From NCBI GenBank assembly GCA_963754535.1, contig CAVWGG010000021.1:19919-83918 (forward strand): a stretch of 64,000 bases of DNA, written 5' to 3'. The notes beneath the pieces are model-generated. The model was not told the origin of the DNA and did not search any database. It saw nothing but the letters and a program-made list of their open reading frames with translations. Source of the DNA: an uncultured Gammaproteobacteria bacterium (lineage in GTDB: Bacteria > Pseudomonadota > Gammaproteobacteria > Steroidobacterales > Steroidobacteraceae). Positions 37,893 to 47,509 of this stretch are shown one piece after another (position 1 is the first letter of the stretch; each line of letters opens with the position of its first letter). Made by a program: the position numbers and the translations under genes.

Positions 37893-38740
37893 CGTCGAAG
37901 GTCACGACGCTGGGTGAGGCGATCGCGGCGCACGTACGCGACGGCGCCTGCGTCGCGCTCGAAGGCTTCACGCACCTGATTCCCTTCGCGGCGGGTCACG
38001 AGATCATCCGCCAGGGCCGCCGCAACCTGCACCTCGTGCGCATGACCCCCGACCTGGTCTATGACCAGATGATCGGCATGGGTTGCGCGAGCAAGCTCAC
38101 GTTCTCTTGGGGCGGCAATCCCGGGGTCGGCTCGCTGCATCGACTGCGCGATGCCGTCGAGCACCAGTGGCCCACGCCCCTCGAGATCGACGAGCACACC
38201 CATGCCGGCGTTGCCGCGGCCTACGGCGCCGGTGCCGCCGGGCTGCCGTTCGCGACGCTGCGCGGCTACCTCGGCACCGACCTGCCGTCCGTCAATCCGC
38301 GCATCCGCAGCGTCGACTGCCCGTTCACGGGCGAGCGGCTGGCGGCGGTGCCCGCACTGAATCCCGACGTCACGATCCTGCATGCACAGCGCGCGGACCG
38401 CCGTGGCAACGTGGCGATGCACGGCATCATCGGCGCCCAGCGCGAGGCCGCGTTCGCTGCCCGCGCATTGATCGTCACGGTCGAGGAAATCGTCGACGAA
38501 CTGCCGCCCGCCATGAATGGCATCGTGCTGCCGCACTGGATCGTGAGTGCCGTTGCGCAGTGCCGGGGCGGCGCGTATCCGTCGTACGTGCACGATCATT
38601 ACGCGCGCGACAACGGCTTCTACCAGCGCTGGGATGCAATCGCGCGCGAACGCGACGGTTTCCTCGCCTGGATGAACAGGCACGTCCTGACGAGCCGCGA
38701 CCATGCCACATTCCTCGCCAGCCTGCGGGAGGTCGCATGA
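37886..38740 (+). CDS. CoA-transferase subunit A (glutaconate CoA-transferase GctA-like, family I)
   Basis: Track ORF 36854..38740, trimmed to the ATG at 37886 (MLTSKVTTLGEAIAAHVRDGACVALEGF...). 7-nt overlap with the ALDH stop. Confidence 0.85.
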   Translation: MLTSKVTTLGEAIAAHVRDGACVALEGFTHLIPFAAGHEIIRQGRRNLHLVRMTPDLVYDQMIGMGCASKLTFSWGGNPGVGSLHRLRDAVEHQWPTPLEIDEHTHAGVAAAYGAGAAGLPFATLRGYLGTDLPSVNPRIRSVDCPFTGERLAAVPALNPDVTILHAQRADRRGNVAMHGIIGAQREAAFAARALIVTVEEIVDELPPAMNGIVLPHWIVSAVAQCRGGAYPSYVHDHYARDNGFYQRWDAIARERDGFLAWMNRHVLTSRDHATFLASLREVA

Positions 38741-39522
38741 GCGACTGGACCCGCGACGAAATGATGACCGTCGCTGCCGCCCGCCTGCTGTGGGACGGTT
38801 GCGTCTGCTTCGTCGGCATCGGCCTGCCGAGTGCCGCGTGCAATCTGGCGCGACTCACGCACGCGCCCGACGTCGTGCTGATCTACGAATCCGGCACGCT
38901 CGGCACCCGCCCGGACGTCTTGCCGCTTTCGATCGGCGACGGCGAACTCGCCGACACCGCGGCCTGCGTCATTCCACTGCCGGAAGTCTTCAGTTACCTG
39001 CTGCAGGCCGGGCGCGTGGACGTGGGCTTTCTCGGCGCCGCACAGGTGGACCGGCACGGCAACCTGAACAGCACCGTGATCGGCCCTTACGACGCGCCGA
39101 AGACCCGCTTGCCCGGCGCGGGCGGCGCCACGGAGATCGCGGCCCACGCCCGGCAGACATTCGTGATGCTGAAGGCCACGCCGCGCAGCCTCGTGGCGCA
39201 GCTCGATTTCCGCACCAGCGCGGGCTTTCTCGAAGGCAATGGCGCTCGCGCGAGGACGACGATGCGCGGCACGGGCCCGCAGTCCGTGATCACCGATTAC
39301 GGCGTGCTGAAGCCGCACCCCGAAACAGACGAACTGCAGCTGTCGGCACTCTTCGCAGGAACGACCGCAGACGAAGCCCGCGCCGCCACCGGCTGGCCAC
39401 TCAAAGTCGCGGCGACCGTCGAGACGGTTGCACCGCCGACCAGCGTTGAACTCGAAACCCTGCGCGCCTTGCACGCGCGCACCCGCGCGGCGCACAGCCG
39501 CCCCGTGCGACTTCCCGCGTGA
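38737..39522 (+). CDS. CoA-transferase subunit B (GctB-like)
   Basis: Track ORF trimmed to the ATG at 38737 (ATGA overlap). VVLIYESGTLG contains the expected catalytic Glu context. Confidence 0.85.
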   Translation: MSDWTRDEMMTVAAARLLWDGCVCFVGIGLPSAACNLARLTHAPDVVLIYESGTLGTRPDVLPLSIGDGELADTAACVIPLPEVFSYLLQAGRVDVGFLGAAQVDRHGNLNSTVIGPYDAPKTRLPGAGGATEIAAHARQTFVMLKATPRSLVAQLDFRTSAGFLEGNGARARTTMRGTGPQSVITDYGVLKPHPETDELQLSALFAGTTADEARAATGWPLKVAATVETVAPPTSVELETLRALHARTRAAHSRPVRLPA

Positions 39523-39548
39523 CGCGGGATTCCTTCCAGGAGCCTACC

Positions 39549-40877
39549 GTGACGAACCCCCATCTCAAGACCGCACTCCCCGGCCCGAATGCCCGCGCCA
39601 TGCTCGCGCGCGACATGACCGTCGCTTCGCCTTCGTACCCGCGCGACTATCCCTTCGTGATGTCGCACGGGCGCGGCACCGAGGTGTGGGACGTCGACGG
39701 CAATCGCTTCCTCGACTTCGTCGCCGGCATTGCCGTGTGCTCCACGGGACACGCGCATCCCAGCGTGGTCAACGCCATCAAGACGGCGGCCGACAAGTTC
39801 CTGCACGTCTCGAGCGACTACTGGCACGAGAACATGACCCGGCTGACGGAGCGCCTGGCCGAAGTCGCACCGATGGGCGAGCCCGTCATGAGCTTCCTGT
39901 GCCAGTCCGGCACCGAGTCGGTCGAGGGCGCGATCAAGCTCGCACGCTACGTGACCGGCCGGCCGCGGTTCATCGGCTTCCTCGGCAGCTTCCACGGACG
40001 CACGATGGGCTCGCTCGCGTTCACATCGAGCAAGTACACGCAGCAGAAGGGATTCGCGCCGACGATGCCCGGCGTCACTCACGTGCCGTACCCGAATCCT
40101 TACCGCGCCCTGTTCGCGGGCGCGGACCAGGGCAAGGCCGTGCTCGATTACATCCGCATGCTGTTCGAGCGCAACGTGCCAGCGTCCGAAGTCGCCGCGA
40201 TCCTCATCGAGCCCCTGCAGGGTGAGGGCGGTTACCTCTGGCCGCCCGAGGGCTTCCTGGCCGGCCTGCGCGCACTCTGCGACGAGCACGGCATCCTGCT
40301 GATCTTCGACGAAGTGCAATCCGGAGTCGGCCGCACCGGCAAGATGTGGGCATGCGAGCACTCGGGCGTGAAGCCCGACATCATGACCAGCGCCAAGGGC
40401 CTCGGGTCCGGCATGCCGATCGGCGCGATCATCGCCAGGAAGACGATCATGGAGCAGTGGAAGCGCGGCGCGCACGGCAACACGTTCGGAGGCAACCCGC
40501 TCAGCTGCGCGGCTGCCATCGCGACGCTCGACCTCGTCCAGTCGGAGTACGCGGCCAACGCGGCGCGCGTGGGCGAACATTTCATGGGACGCCTGCACGA
40601 GATGATGCGTGACTACCCCTGCATCGGCGAAGTGCGCGGCAAGGGGCTCATGATCGGCATGGAACTGATCGAGAACGACGCCGAGCGGACACCAGCGCGG
40701 GCGCTGTGCGACCGACTCGTGACGCGCGGCTACTACAACGGCCTGCTGCTGCTCTCGTGCGGCGTGAGCACCGTGCGCTTCATGCCGCCGCTCTCGACGA
40801 CGATCGCCGAGGTTGACGAGGCCGTCGGCCTGCTGCGAACGGCCCTCGACGAAGCGCTGCAGGGCAAGGACGCCTGA
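39549..40877 (+). CDS. class III aminotransferase, 4-aminobutyrate/omega-amino acid:2-oxoglutarate type (GabT-like)
   Basis: I prefer the GTG at 39549, preceded by AGGAG (VTNPHLKTALPGPNARAM...). The track start at 39519 is an alternative. GIAVCSTGHAHPSVV, DEVQSGVGRTGKMWA and TSAKGLGSG (PLP Lys). Confidence 0.85.
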   Translation: MTNPHLKTALPGPNARAMLARDMTVASPSYPRDYPFVMSHGRGTEVWDVDGNRFLDFVAGIAVCSTGHAHPSVVNAIKTAADKFLHVSSDYWHENMTRLTERLAEVAPMGEPVMSFLCQSGTESVEGAIKLARYVTGRPRFIGFLGSFHGRTMGSLAFTSSKYTQQKGFAPTMPGVTHVPYPNPYRALFAGADQGKAVLDYIRMLFERNVPASEVAAILIEPLQGEGGYLWPPEGFLAGLRALCDEHGILLIFDEVQSGVGRTGKMWACEHSGVKPDIMTSAKGLGSGMPIGAIIARKTIMEQWKRGAHGNTFGGNPLSCAAAIATLDLVQSEYAANAARVGEHFMGRLHEMMRDYPCIGEVRGKGLMIGMELIENDAERTPARALCDRLVTRGYYNGLLLLSCGVSTVRFMPPLSTTIAEVDEAVGLLRTALDEALQGKDA

Positions 40878-40882
40878 GCGCA

Positions 40883-42172
40883 ATGCAACAGCCGAAGGAA
40901 CTCGGATTCTGGATGTGCACGGCGCTGGTGGTCGGCAACACCATCGGCATGGGGATCTTCGTGCTGCCGGCATCGCTGGCGCCCTACGGCTTCAATGCGA
41001 TGCTGGGCTGGGGCATCACCGTGCTGGGCATGACCATGCTCGCGCGCGTGTTCGCGCAACTCGCCCGCGAATTTCCTGCGGCCGACGGCCCCTACACCTA
41101 CATCGAGCAGACCACCGGCAAGCTGCCCGCCTACATCGCGATCTGGTGCTATTGGGTCTCCTGCTGGATCACCAACGCCGCCCTCGCGATCGGCCTCGTC
41201 GGTTACCTGGGCAAGGTGCTGCCGGGACTCGACGCGGTATCGCCCGTCGTGCAGGCCGCGGCGCTGATCTGGACCTTCGTCGGCATCAACCTGCTCGGCG
41301 TCCGCATGGGCGGCGGAGTGCAGGTCGTGACGACGACGCTGAAACTGCTGCCGATGATCTTCATCGTCGGGCTCGGCGGTTGGCTGCTCCTGAAGGATCC
41401 TGCCGTGTACGCCCAACACGTGCCAACGACCCCGATCACGCTCGAAGCCTTGATGGCCGCGTCGACCATTGCACTGTTCGCAATGCTGGGCATCGAGTCG
41501 GCCGCCGTGCCCGCCGGTCGCGTGCGCGACCCGGAACGCACCATCCCCCGCTCGACGATGTTCGGCACGCTGCTGACGGCCGCGATCTATATCGCCGTGT
41601 CGTCGATGGCCTTGCTGCTGATGCGGCAGGACGTTCTCGCACAGTCGTCGGCGCCCTTCGCCGACCTGCTCGACCAGTTCATGGGCAATGGGCATGGTCG
41701 CGTGCTGTCGGCCTTCGTCGTGATCAGCGGCCTGGGCGCGCTGAATGGCTGGACGCTGCTGGCGAGCGAACTCACCGCCTCGATGGGAAGGCACGGCTTC
41801 CTGCCGGCGCCGGTCTGCGCGCCGAATGCGCGCGGCGCGCCCGCGGCATCGCTGCTGCTGACCGGTGCGCTCGCCACCGTGATGGTGCTGATGAACTACA
41901 GCAAGTCCATGGTGGACGGCTTCACGTTCCTGTCGCAGGTGGTGACGGCCGCCAACCTGCCGCTCTACCTGCTGTGCGCGGTCGCGCTGGTGGTGCTGAC
42001 ACGCCGCGGCAGCCGCAAGCTGCCAGGCAGCCTGTTCGTGCTCGGCATCCTCGGCAGCGCATACGTCGTCTTCGCTTTCATCGGGCTCGGTCGCGAACCT
42101 TTCGTGTGGTCGCTCGTGCTCGGCGCCGTCGGCCTGCCGCTCTACTGGTTCATGCGCAAGCGCCAGGCATGA
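40883..42172 (+). CDS. APC-superfamily basic amino acid/polyamine antiporter (APA family, PotE/CadB/AdiC-like)
   Basis: 429 aa. MCTALVVGNTIGMGIFVLPASLA N-terminal signature and about 12 TM segments. Confidence 0.85.
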   Translation: MQQPKELGFWMCTALVVGNTIGMGIFVLPASLAPYGFNAMLGWGITVLGMTMLARVFAQLAREFPAADGPYTYIEQTTGKLPAYIAIWCYWVSCWITNAALAIGLVGYLGKVLPGLDAVSPVVQAAALIWTFVGINLLGVRMGGGVQVVTTTLKLLPMIFIVGLGGWLLLKDPAVYAQHVPTTPITLEALMAASTIALFAMLGIESAAVPAGRVRDPERTIPRSTMFGTLLTAAIYIAVSSMALLLMRQDVLAQSSAPFADLLDQFMGNGHGRVLSAFVVISGLGALNGWTLLASELTASMGRHGFLPAPVCAPNARGAPAASLLLTGALATVMVLMNYSKSMVDGFTFLSQVVTAANLPLYLLCAVALVVLTRRGSRKLPGSLFVLGILGSAYVVFAFIGLGREPFVWSLVLGAVGLPLYWFMRKRQA

Positions 42173-42202
42173 ACACACCGCAATCCTGGCCGGGGGACGA
42201 CG

Positions 42203-43279
42203 ATGCGTAATCAGAACGATTCGAGGGCAAGGCAGCGCGCGACGGCGCGCACCGGCGGATTCGCTGGTCCAGTGGCCGTTGCGCTCGGTTGGGCGCTCGG
42301 ACTGCTGGTTGCGCCTGCAGTGCACGCGGACGGTTCGGTCGCGACAATCGCGACCAGCCCAACTGGCGCGACCACCGCAACCGGCGATTACACGGCCGAC
42401 GGACGGCTCCCGCTCGGCACGATCATGGGCCGCTTCGATGCGCTGTCGACTCGGCATGACTGGCTGCCCGACACCATCTACAGCTATCCCGATGCCGAGG
42501 ACGTGACGATAAAGTCCTGGCGCACGCCGCGACGCGGCGAGGCGTTGTGGGTGCTTTCAGGCATCCATGGCGAGGAACCCGCCGGACCGAATGCCATCGC
42601 TGCCAATCTCGCGAGCCTCACGCAACTCGCGGAAGCAGGCGTACCCATCGTCGTCATCCCGCTCGCCAATCCAAATGCCTACCGGCACAACTGGCGGTAT
42701 CCGAATACCCCGGAACGCGACTGGAAGAAAGGCGGTGGCTACAGCGTCGGCGATGCGGAATACCTGCTGCCCGACCTCGAGACAGGCACGAAGCCGCGCG
42801 CCGGGGAAGCACCGGGACCGGAAGCCGCTGCACTGACGCGGTACGTCCTGCGCCTGGCGGAGCAGTACCCGCCTCGTCTCGTGCTGGACCTGCACGAGGA
42901 CGAACTCTCCACGGAGGGCGGCTACATCTACTCGCAGGGCACGCGACCCGACGACAATCCCGTCGGCGCGGAAATCATCCGCCTGCTGCAAGCCACCGGC
43001 ATTCCATTGCGGCAGTCGGGCAAGACCCGGTTCGGCGAGCCGATCATGCAGGGCGTGATCAGCCGGGACGACAAGGGCGGCCCGATCCGCGACGGTTCGA
43101 TCGACGAATTGCTGGCAGCGACCGAGGTCTTCGTCGACGGCAGGAAGGTGCGCGGCCCGTCGGCACGCACGGTAATCGTGGTCGAGACGCCGGCGTTCGA
43201 GGGTTCAAGGTTCGAACTGCGCGTCGCGGCGCAAGGCGCCGTCGTCCGTCAGGTGCGCGAACTCTGGCGGTTGAAATGA
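42203..43279 (+). CDS. exported M14-like zinc hydrolase (succinylglutamate desuccinylase/aspartoacylase-carboxypeptidase fold)
   Basis: 358 aa with a signal peptide (ALGWALGLLVAPAVHA). GIHGEEPAG and LDLHED zinc/catalytic motifs. Confidence 0.78.
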   Translation: MRNQNDSRARQRATARTGGFAGPVAVALGWALGLLVAPAVHADGSVATIATSPTGATTATGDYTADGRLPLGTIMGRFDALSTRHDWLPDTIYSYPDAEDVTIKSWRTPRRGEALWVLSGIHGEEPAGPNAIAANLASLTQLAEAGVPIVVIPLANPNAYRHNWRYPNTPERDWKKGGGYSVGDAEYLLPDLETGTKPRAGEAPGPEAAALTRYVLRLAEQYPPRLVLDLHEDELSTEGGYIYSQGTRPDDNPVGAEIIRLLQATGIPLRQSGKTRFGEPIMQGVISRDDKGGPIRDGSIDELLAATEVFVDGRKVRGPSARTVIVVETPAFEGSRFELRVAAQGAVVRQVRELWRLK

Positions 43280-44073
43280 AGAAGCACGTTGATTTCACGC
43301 TGCAGGACGGGATCGCCGTCATCACCATGGACAGTCCGCCGGTGAATGCCTTCACCGACGCCCTGCATGACGACTTCCGCACCACGCTGGCGACGCTCGC
43401 CGGGCAGGCCGTGCGTGCAGCCGTCATCACTGGCACGGGCAGGCATTTCCAGGCCGGTGGCGATATGAATCGTTTCCTGACGCTGAAGACGCTGGCGGAC
43501 GCCAGGGCCTTCGTCGAACTGGCGCAGGGTTTCATGAACGCGATTGCCGCGACGCCCTATCCGACCATCGCCGCGGTGAACGGCTACGCGCTTGGGGGCG
43601 GACTGGAGATCGCGCTGGCCTGCGACATTCGCGTGGCGTCGAGCAGCGCCGTCCTCGGCCTGCCGGAGGCACGGTACGGCATCCTTGCCGGCGCCGGCGG
43701 CACTCAACGCCTGGCGCGCCTGATCGGACCGGGACGAGCCAAGTTGATGATGTACACCGGCCGGCAATTCACGGCGGACCAGGCGCTGGAATTAGGCCTG
43801 GTGGAGCACGTCTCGGCGCCGGAGCAATTGCTGGCGGACTCGCTGGCCATCGCCCGCGAAATCGCCGGCAACAGTCCGGTCGCTGTCCGGCACATCAAGC
43901 GCTGTGTCGACGAGGGGCTGGATCTGCCGCTCGAGCGAGCGCTGGCGCTCGAACGCGACTACTGGGCGGGTCTCATCCCGCATGGGGACTACCTGGAGGG
44001 AGTACGGGCCTGGCTGGAGAAACGCCAGCCAGACTATCCCGATCTCCCGGCACGCCAGGACGATAGCCCGTAA
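43276..44073 (+). CDS. enoyl-CoA hydratase/isomerase (crotonase) family protein
   Basis: Track ORF trimmed to the ATG at 43276 (ATGA overlap with M14). AAVNGYALGGGLEIALACDIR oxyanion-hole motif. Confidence 0.9.
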   Translation: MKKHVDFTLQDGIAVITMDSPPVNAFTDALHDDFRTTLATLAGQAVRAAVITGTGRHFQAGGDMNRFLTLKTLADARAFVELAQGFMNAIAATPYPTIAAVNGYALGGGLEIALACDIRVASSSAVLGLPEARYGILAGAGGTQRLARLIGPGRAKLMMYTGRQFTADQALELGLVEHVSAPEQLLADSLAIAREIAGNSPVAVRHIKRCVDEGLDLPLERALALERDYWAGLIPHGDYLEGVRAWLEKRQPDYPDLPARQDDSP

Positions 44074-44104
44074 CAGAACACTGTCCTTGCAACAGAGGCC
44101 TGTC

Positions 44105-45667
44105 ATGCCAGCTGCCGCACAGTCCCTGCTCACGTCCGTCCCCTGCCGTTACCTGCTCAAGCGCCACGCCCTCGAGCGCGCGGACAAGATTGCCGTCATC
44201 GACGGCGCCACCGGCGAGGCGATCACCTACGGCGAACTGCACGAGCGCGTCGCGCGCATGGCTGGCTGGCTCGTGAGCCGCGGCATCGGCACCGGCGATC
44301 GCGTCGCCTGCCTGGCGCTGAACAGCAAGGCCTACACTGAATTTTTCCTGGCACTCTCGTGGATCGGCGCCGTGCTCGTGCCGCTGAACATCCGGCATGC
44401 GGCACCGGAGCTGCGATTCATCATCGAGGATGCGGGTGCACGGGCCTGCTTCTCCTGCAGCAAGATGGCGTCGCTCGCCGAGGCCGCGCTGGAAGGCAGC
44501 GAGACGGTTGAACTGAAGATCCTGCACGGCGCAACGCGCGCCGGGTGGACCGATTTCAACGCCCTCACCGGGCCGGCCAACCCGATGCTCGAAATGGAGC
44601 CGTCGGTCAGCGGTGAATCCCTGTTCATGCTGCTGTACACCAGCGGCACGACGGGCAAGCCCAAGGGCTGCATGATTCCGCAGCGCACCTGGACGGGTTA
44701 TGCAGCCAACATGGCTGCCTGCTTCGGGATGGGTGAGACGGACGTCTACCTGGCCTTCCTGCCGTATTTCCACGTCGCCGGCTTTGGCACGGCGCTCTCC
44801 CAGCTGATCCTCGGCGGCACGATCGTCACGGCGCCGTTGGCAGACCCAAAGCTGTTCTATCGGCTGATTGCAGAGCATCACGTCAGCATCGTGTTCCTCG
44901 TTCCGGGCATCTCCGCTGCCTTCGTCGCCGACGAGTCGCGGGCAGCCACCGACACGTCCTCGCTCAGGACCTTCATCAGCGGCGCCGGCGTGGAAAAGCT
45001 CGAGCTGGTCGAGGCGATCGAGGCGCAGCTGGGCGCGAAGTACTACGGCATCTACGGCCAGACCGAAGCCGGCGGCAAGGTGACCTGGGCCGACTCACGC
45101 ATGCTGCGCGACGATCCAACCACTTACGGCCACGTCATGCCCTTCTGCGACTACATCCTGGCCGATGACGATGACCACGACGTGCCGCCCGGAGCGATCG
45201 GTGAACTGTGCGTGCGCAGCAGCACCGTAATGCTGGGCTACTGGAATCACCCCTCAGCCACTGCGGAGACGCTGAAGAACGATTGGCACCATACCGGCGA
45301 CCTGTTCGTGCGGCTCGCCAATGGCCAGATGAAGATGGTCGACCGCAAGAAATACCTGATCAAGACCGGGGGCGAGAACGTCTACCCGCAGGAGGTCGAA
45401 CAGGTGCTGCTGCGGCACGAAGCCGTCGCCGACGCAGCGGTGATCGGCATTCCGGACGAACGCTGGGGCGAAGCCGTGATGGCGTTCATCGTCCTCAAGC
45501 CGGGGCGCGAACTGACGCGCGCCGCGGTCGCGGACTGGGTCGGCGCACACATCGCCGGCTACAAGAAGCCGCGCTACGTCGAATTCGTCGCTGCACTGCC
45601 GCGCAACGTCTCAGGCAAGATCCTGAAGACAGAACTTGCCGGTTACACTGCCGTCACCAGGTCCTGA
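44105..45667 (+). CDS. AMP-forming acyl-CoA synthetase/ligase (ANL superfamily)
   Basis: Track ORF trimmed to the ATG at 44105. LLYTSGTTGKPKG, YGQTEAGG, GDL...DRKKYLIKTGGENVYP and the terminal SGKILK. Confidence 0.9.
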   Translation: MPAAAQSLLTSVPCRYLLKRHALERADKIAVIDGATGEAITYGELHERVARMAGWLVSRGIGTGDRVACLALNSKAYTEFFLALSWIGAVLVPLNIRHAAPELRFIIEDAGARACFSCSKMASLAEAALEGSETVELKILHGATRAGWTDFNALTGPANPMLEMEPSVSGESLFMLLYTSGTTGKPKGCMIPQRTWTGYAANMAACFGMGETDVYLAFLPYFHVAGFGTALSQLILGGTIVTAPLADPKLFYRLIAEHHVSIVFLVPGISAAFVADESRAATDTSSLRTFISGAGVEKLELVEAIEAQLGAKYYGIYGQTEAGGKVTWADSRMLRDDPTTYGHVMPFCDYILADDDDHDVPPGAIGELCVRSSTVMLGYWNHPSATAETLKNDWHHTGDLFVRLANGQMKMVDRKKYLIKTGGENVYPQEVEQVLLRHEAVADAAVIGIPDERWGEAVMAFIVLKPGRELTRAAVADWVGAHIAGYKKPRYVEFVAALPRNVSGKILKTELAGYTAVTRS

Positions 45668-45679
45668 GCCGGAGTCGCC

Positions 45680-47479
45680 ATGCATCGATCTGCAACGGGT
45701 TTCAGCATCGCCATGGCCGGCGTGTGCGGGATCATCTTCTCGAGCGTCGCCGGCGGCGAGACCCGCGCGACGCCGGCTGCGCACGACACACTGTCACCGA
45801 TGGTGGCCATCGCCGACGACTACCTTGCGACGCTGGCGCGGATGCAGCCCGAATTCGGAACGTCGGAAGACCTCCCCGGCACCGATCACGGCGCGCTCAG
45901 CGACAACACCGAGCCCGGCATCGCCAGGTGGCGGGCGTACGAGGACAAGGTGCTCGCGCAACTCAAGGCGATTCCGGCCGCATCATTGCACGAGGAATCC
46001 GACCGCGTGCTTGCCGGAGTGCTGCGCGACGAACTCGAGCGCAGCGCGGGTGCGCGAGTGTGTCGCCTCGAGTTGTGGGGCGTCGCCTCCTACGTGAATG
46101 GCTGGCAGGCCAGCCTGACCGACCTGGCGCGCGTGCAGCCGGTCGGCAGCGATGCCCTGCGTGCGGCCGCGCTGCGGCGCGCCAGGGGAATCCCGCATTT
46201 TATCGACAACGAGATCGTAATGCTGCGGCAGGGACTGCGCGAGGGCTATTCATCGCCGAAAGTCATCGTGCGCGAAGTGATCAAGCAGCTCGATGAACTG
46301 CTGGCGACACCGCCTGCGCAATCGCCTTTCGGCGCACCCATGGAGCGCGACACCGATCCGCAATTCCGCGCGGCGTACCAGGCCGTCGTTCGCGACGAGA
46401 TCAATCCGGCCGTGCTGCGTTACCGCGAATTCCTGAGCCAGACGTACCTTCCCGCCGCACGGGAAGCGCTGGGCGTGTCCGCCAACCCGAATGGACGTGC
46501 CTGCTACGACGCCGTCGTGCGCCAGTTCAGCACCGTGTCGATGCCGGCCGACCAGGTCTACGAGACGGGCTGGCAGCAGATTCGTACGCTCGACGAGCAG
46601 ATGCGTCCCCTCGCAGTGCGCCTGACCGGCACGGACGATCTCGCCCGCGCCATGCACATGGTCAACACCGAGTCGCGCTTTGCCTTCAAGACCGAAGCTG
46701 ACGTCGTCGCTTACGCGCAGGCAGCACAGGATCGGGCGAGTGCCGCCATGCCGCGCGCATTCGGCCTGTACACGACGCTGCCGGTGCAGATCCAGCCGTA
46801 CCCGGAATTCCGCGCACGTGCAGGCGCGCCGGGACAGTACCAGGCACCGCCCGAAGACGGCAGCCGGCCACCGATTCACCTGCTGAACACCTGGGACCCG
46901 ACGCACAAGAGCCGCGCCAGCATCGAGAGCACGACCTTTCACGAGACATGGCCCGGGCACCACCAGCAGATCATGGTGGCGCGGGAAGCCAAGGCGCAAC
47001 ACCGGCTGGTGCGCACGCTCTTCAATTCAGGATTCGGTGAAGGCTGGGCGCTGTACGCAGAACGCGTTGCCGACGAGATGGAGCTGTATTCGGGCGAGCT
47101 CGATCGCTTCGGCTACCTGAGCAGCGCGAAGTTCCGCTCGGCTCGCATGGTGATCGACTCAGGCATCCACACCCGCGGGATGAGTTACGACGAGGCGTTC
47201 AAGCTGCTCACGGAACAGTCGACACTCTCCCCCGCGCAGGTGCGGGGCGAAGTGAACCGCTACATTTCGTGGCCGGGGCAGGCGCCGTCCTACATGATCG
47301 GCAACCTCGAGATCCTGCGCCTGCGCGATGCGGCGCAGGCGAAACTCGGCGCGCAGTTCGACCTGCGGGCGTTTCACGACCAGGTGCTCGGGCGCGGATC
47401 GGTGACGTTGCCGCTGCTGCGCGAACTGGTCGAGGAATGGATCACGACCGCTCCGGCCGTGGCGCCTCGGACCCACTGA
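45680..47479 (+). CDS. exported DUF885 family protein (metallopeptidase-like HExxxH fold)
   Basis: 599 aa with a hydrophobic N-terminus. HETWPGHHQQ and ISWPGQAPSYMIG motifs are characteristic of DUF885. Confidence 0.8.
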   Translation: MHRSATGFSIAMAGVCGIIFSSVAGGETRATPAAHDTLSPMVAIADDYLATLARMQPEFGTSEDLPGTDHGALSDNTEPGIARWRAYEDKVLAQLKAIPAASLHEESDRVLAGVLRDELERSAGARVCRLELWGVASYVNGWQASLTDLARVQPVGSDALRAAALRRARGIPHFIDNEIVMLRQGLREGYSSPKVIVREVIKQLDELLATPPAQSPFGAPMERDTDPQFRAAYQAVVRDEINPAVLRYREFLSQTYLPAAREALGVSANPNGRACYDAVVRQFSTVSMPADQVYETGWQQIRTLDEQMRPLAVRLTGTDDLARAMHMVNTESRFAFKTEADVVAYAQAAQDRASAAMPRAFGLYTTLPVQIQPYPEFRARAGAPGQYQAPPEDGSRPPIHLLNTWDPTHKSRASIESTTFHETWPGHHQQIMVAREAKAQHRLVRTLFNSGFGEGWALYAERVADEMELYSGELDRFGYLSSAKFRSARMVIDSGIHTRGMSYDEAFKLLTEQSTLSPAQVRGEVNRYISWPGQAPSYMIGNLEILRLRDAAQAKLGAQFDLRAFHDQVLGRGSVTLPLLRELVEEWITTAPAVAPRTH

Positions 47480-47509
47480 GCAAGGCTGCCCTGGGGACCG
47501 TAGCTCGCG

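Noticed and set aside
39297-42457. Two long minus-strand ORFs (558 aa and 574 aa) across the GabT-like and APA-transporter genes
   Set aside because: Both are antisense to genes with unambiguous PLP and 12-TM signatures. Their products are His/Arg/Asp/Gly-rich and featureless.
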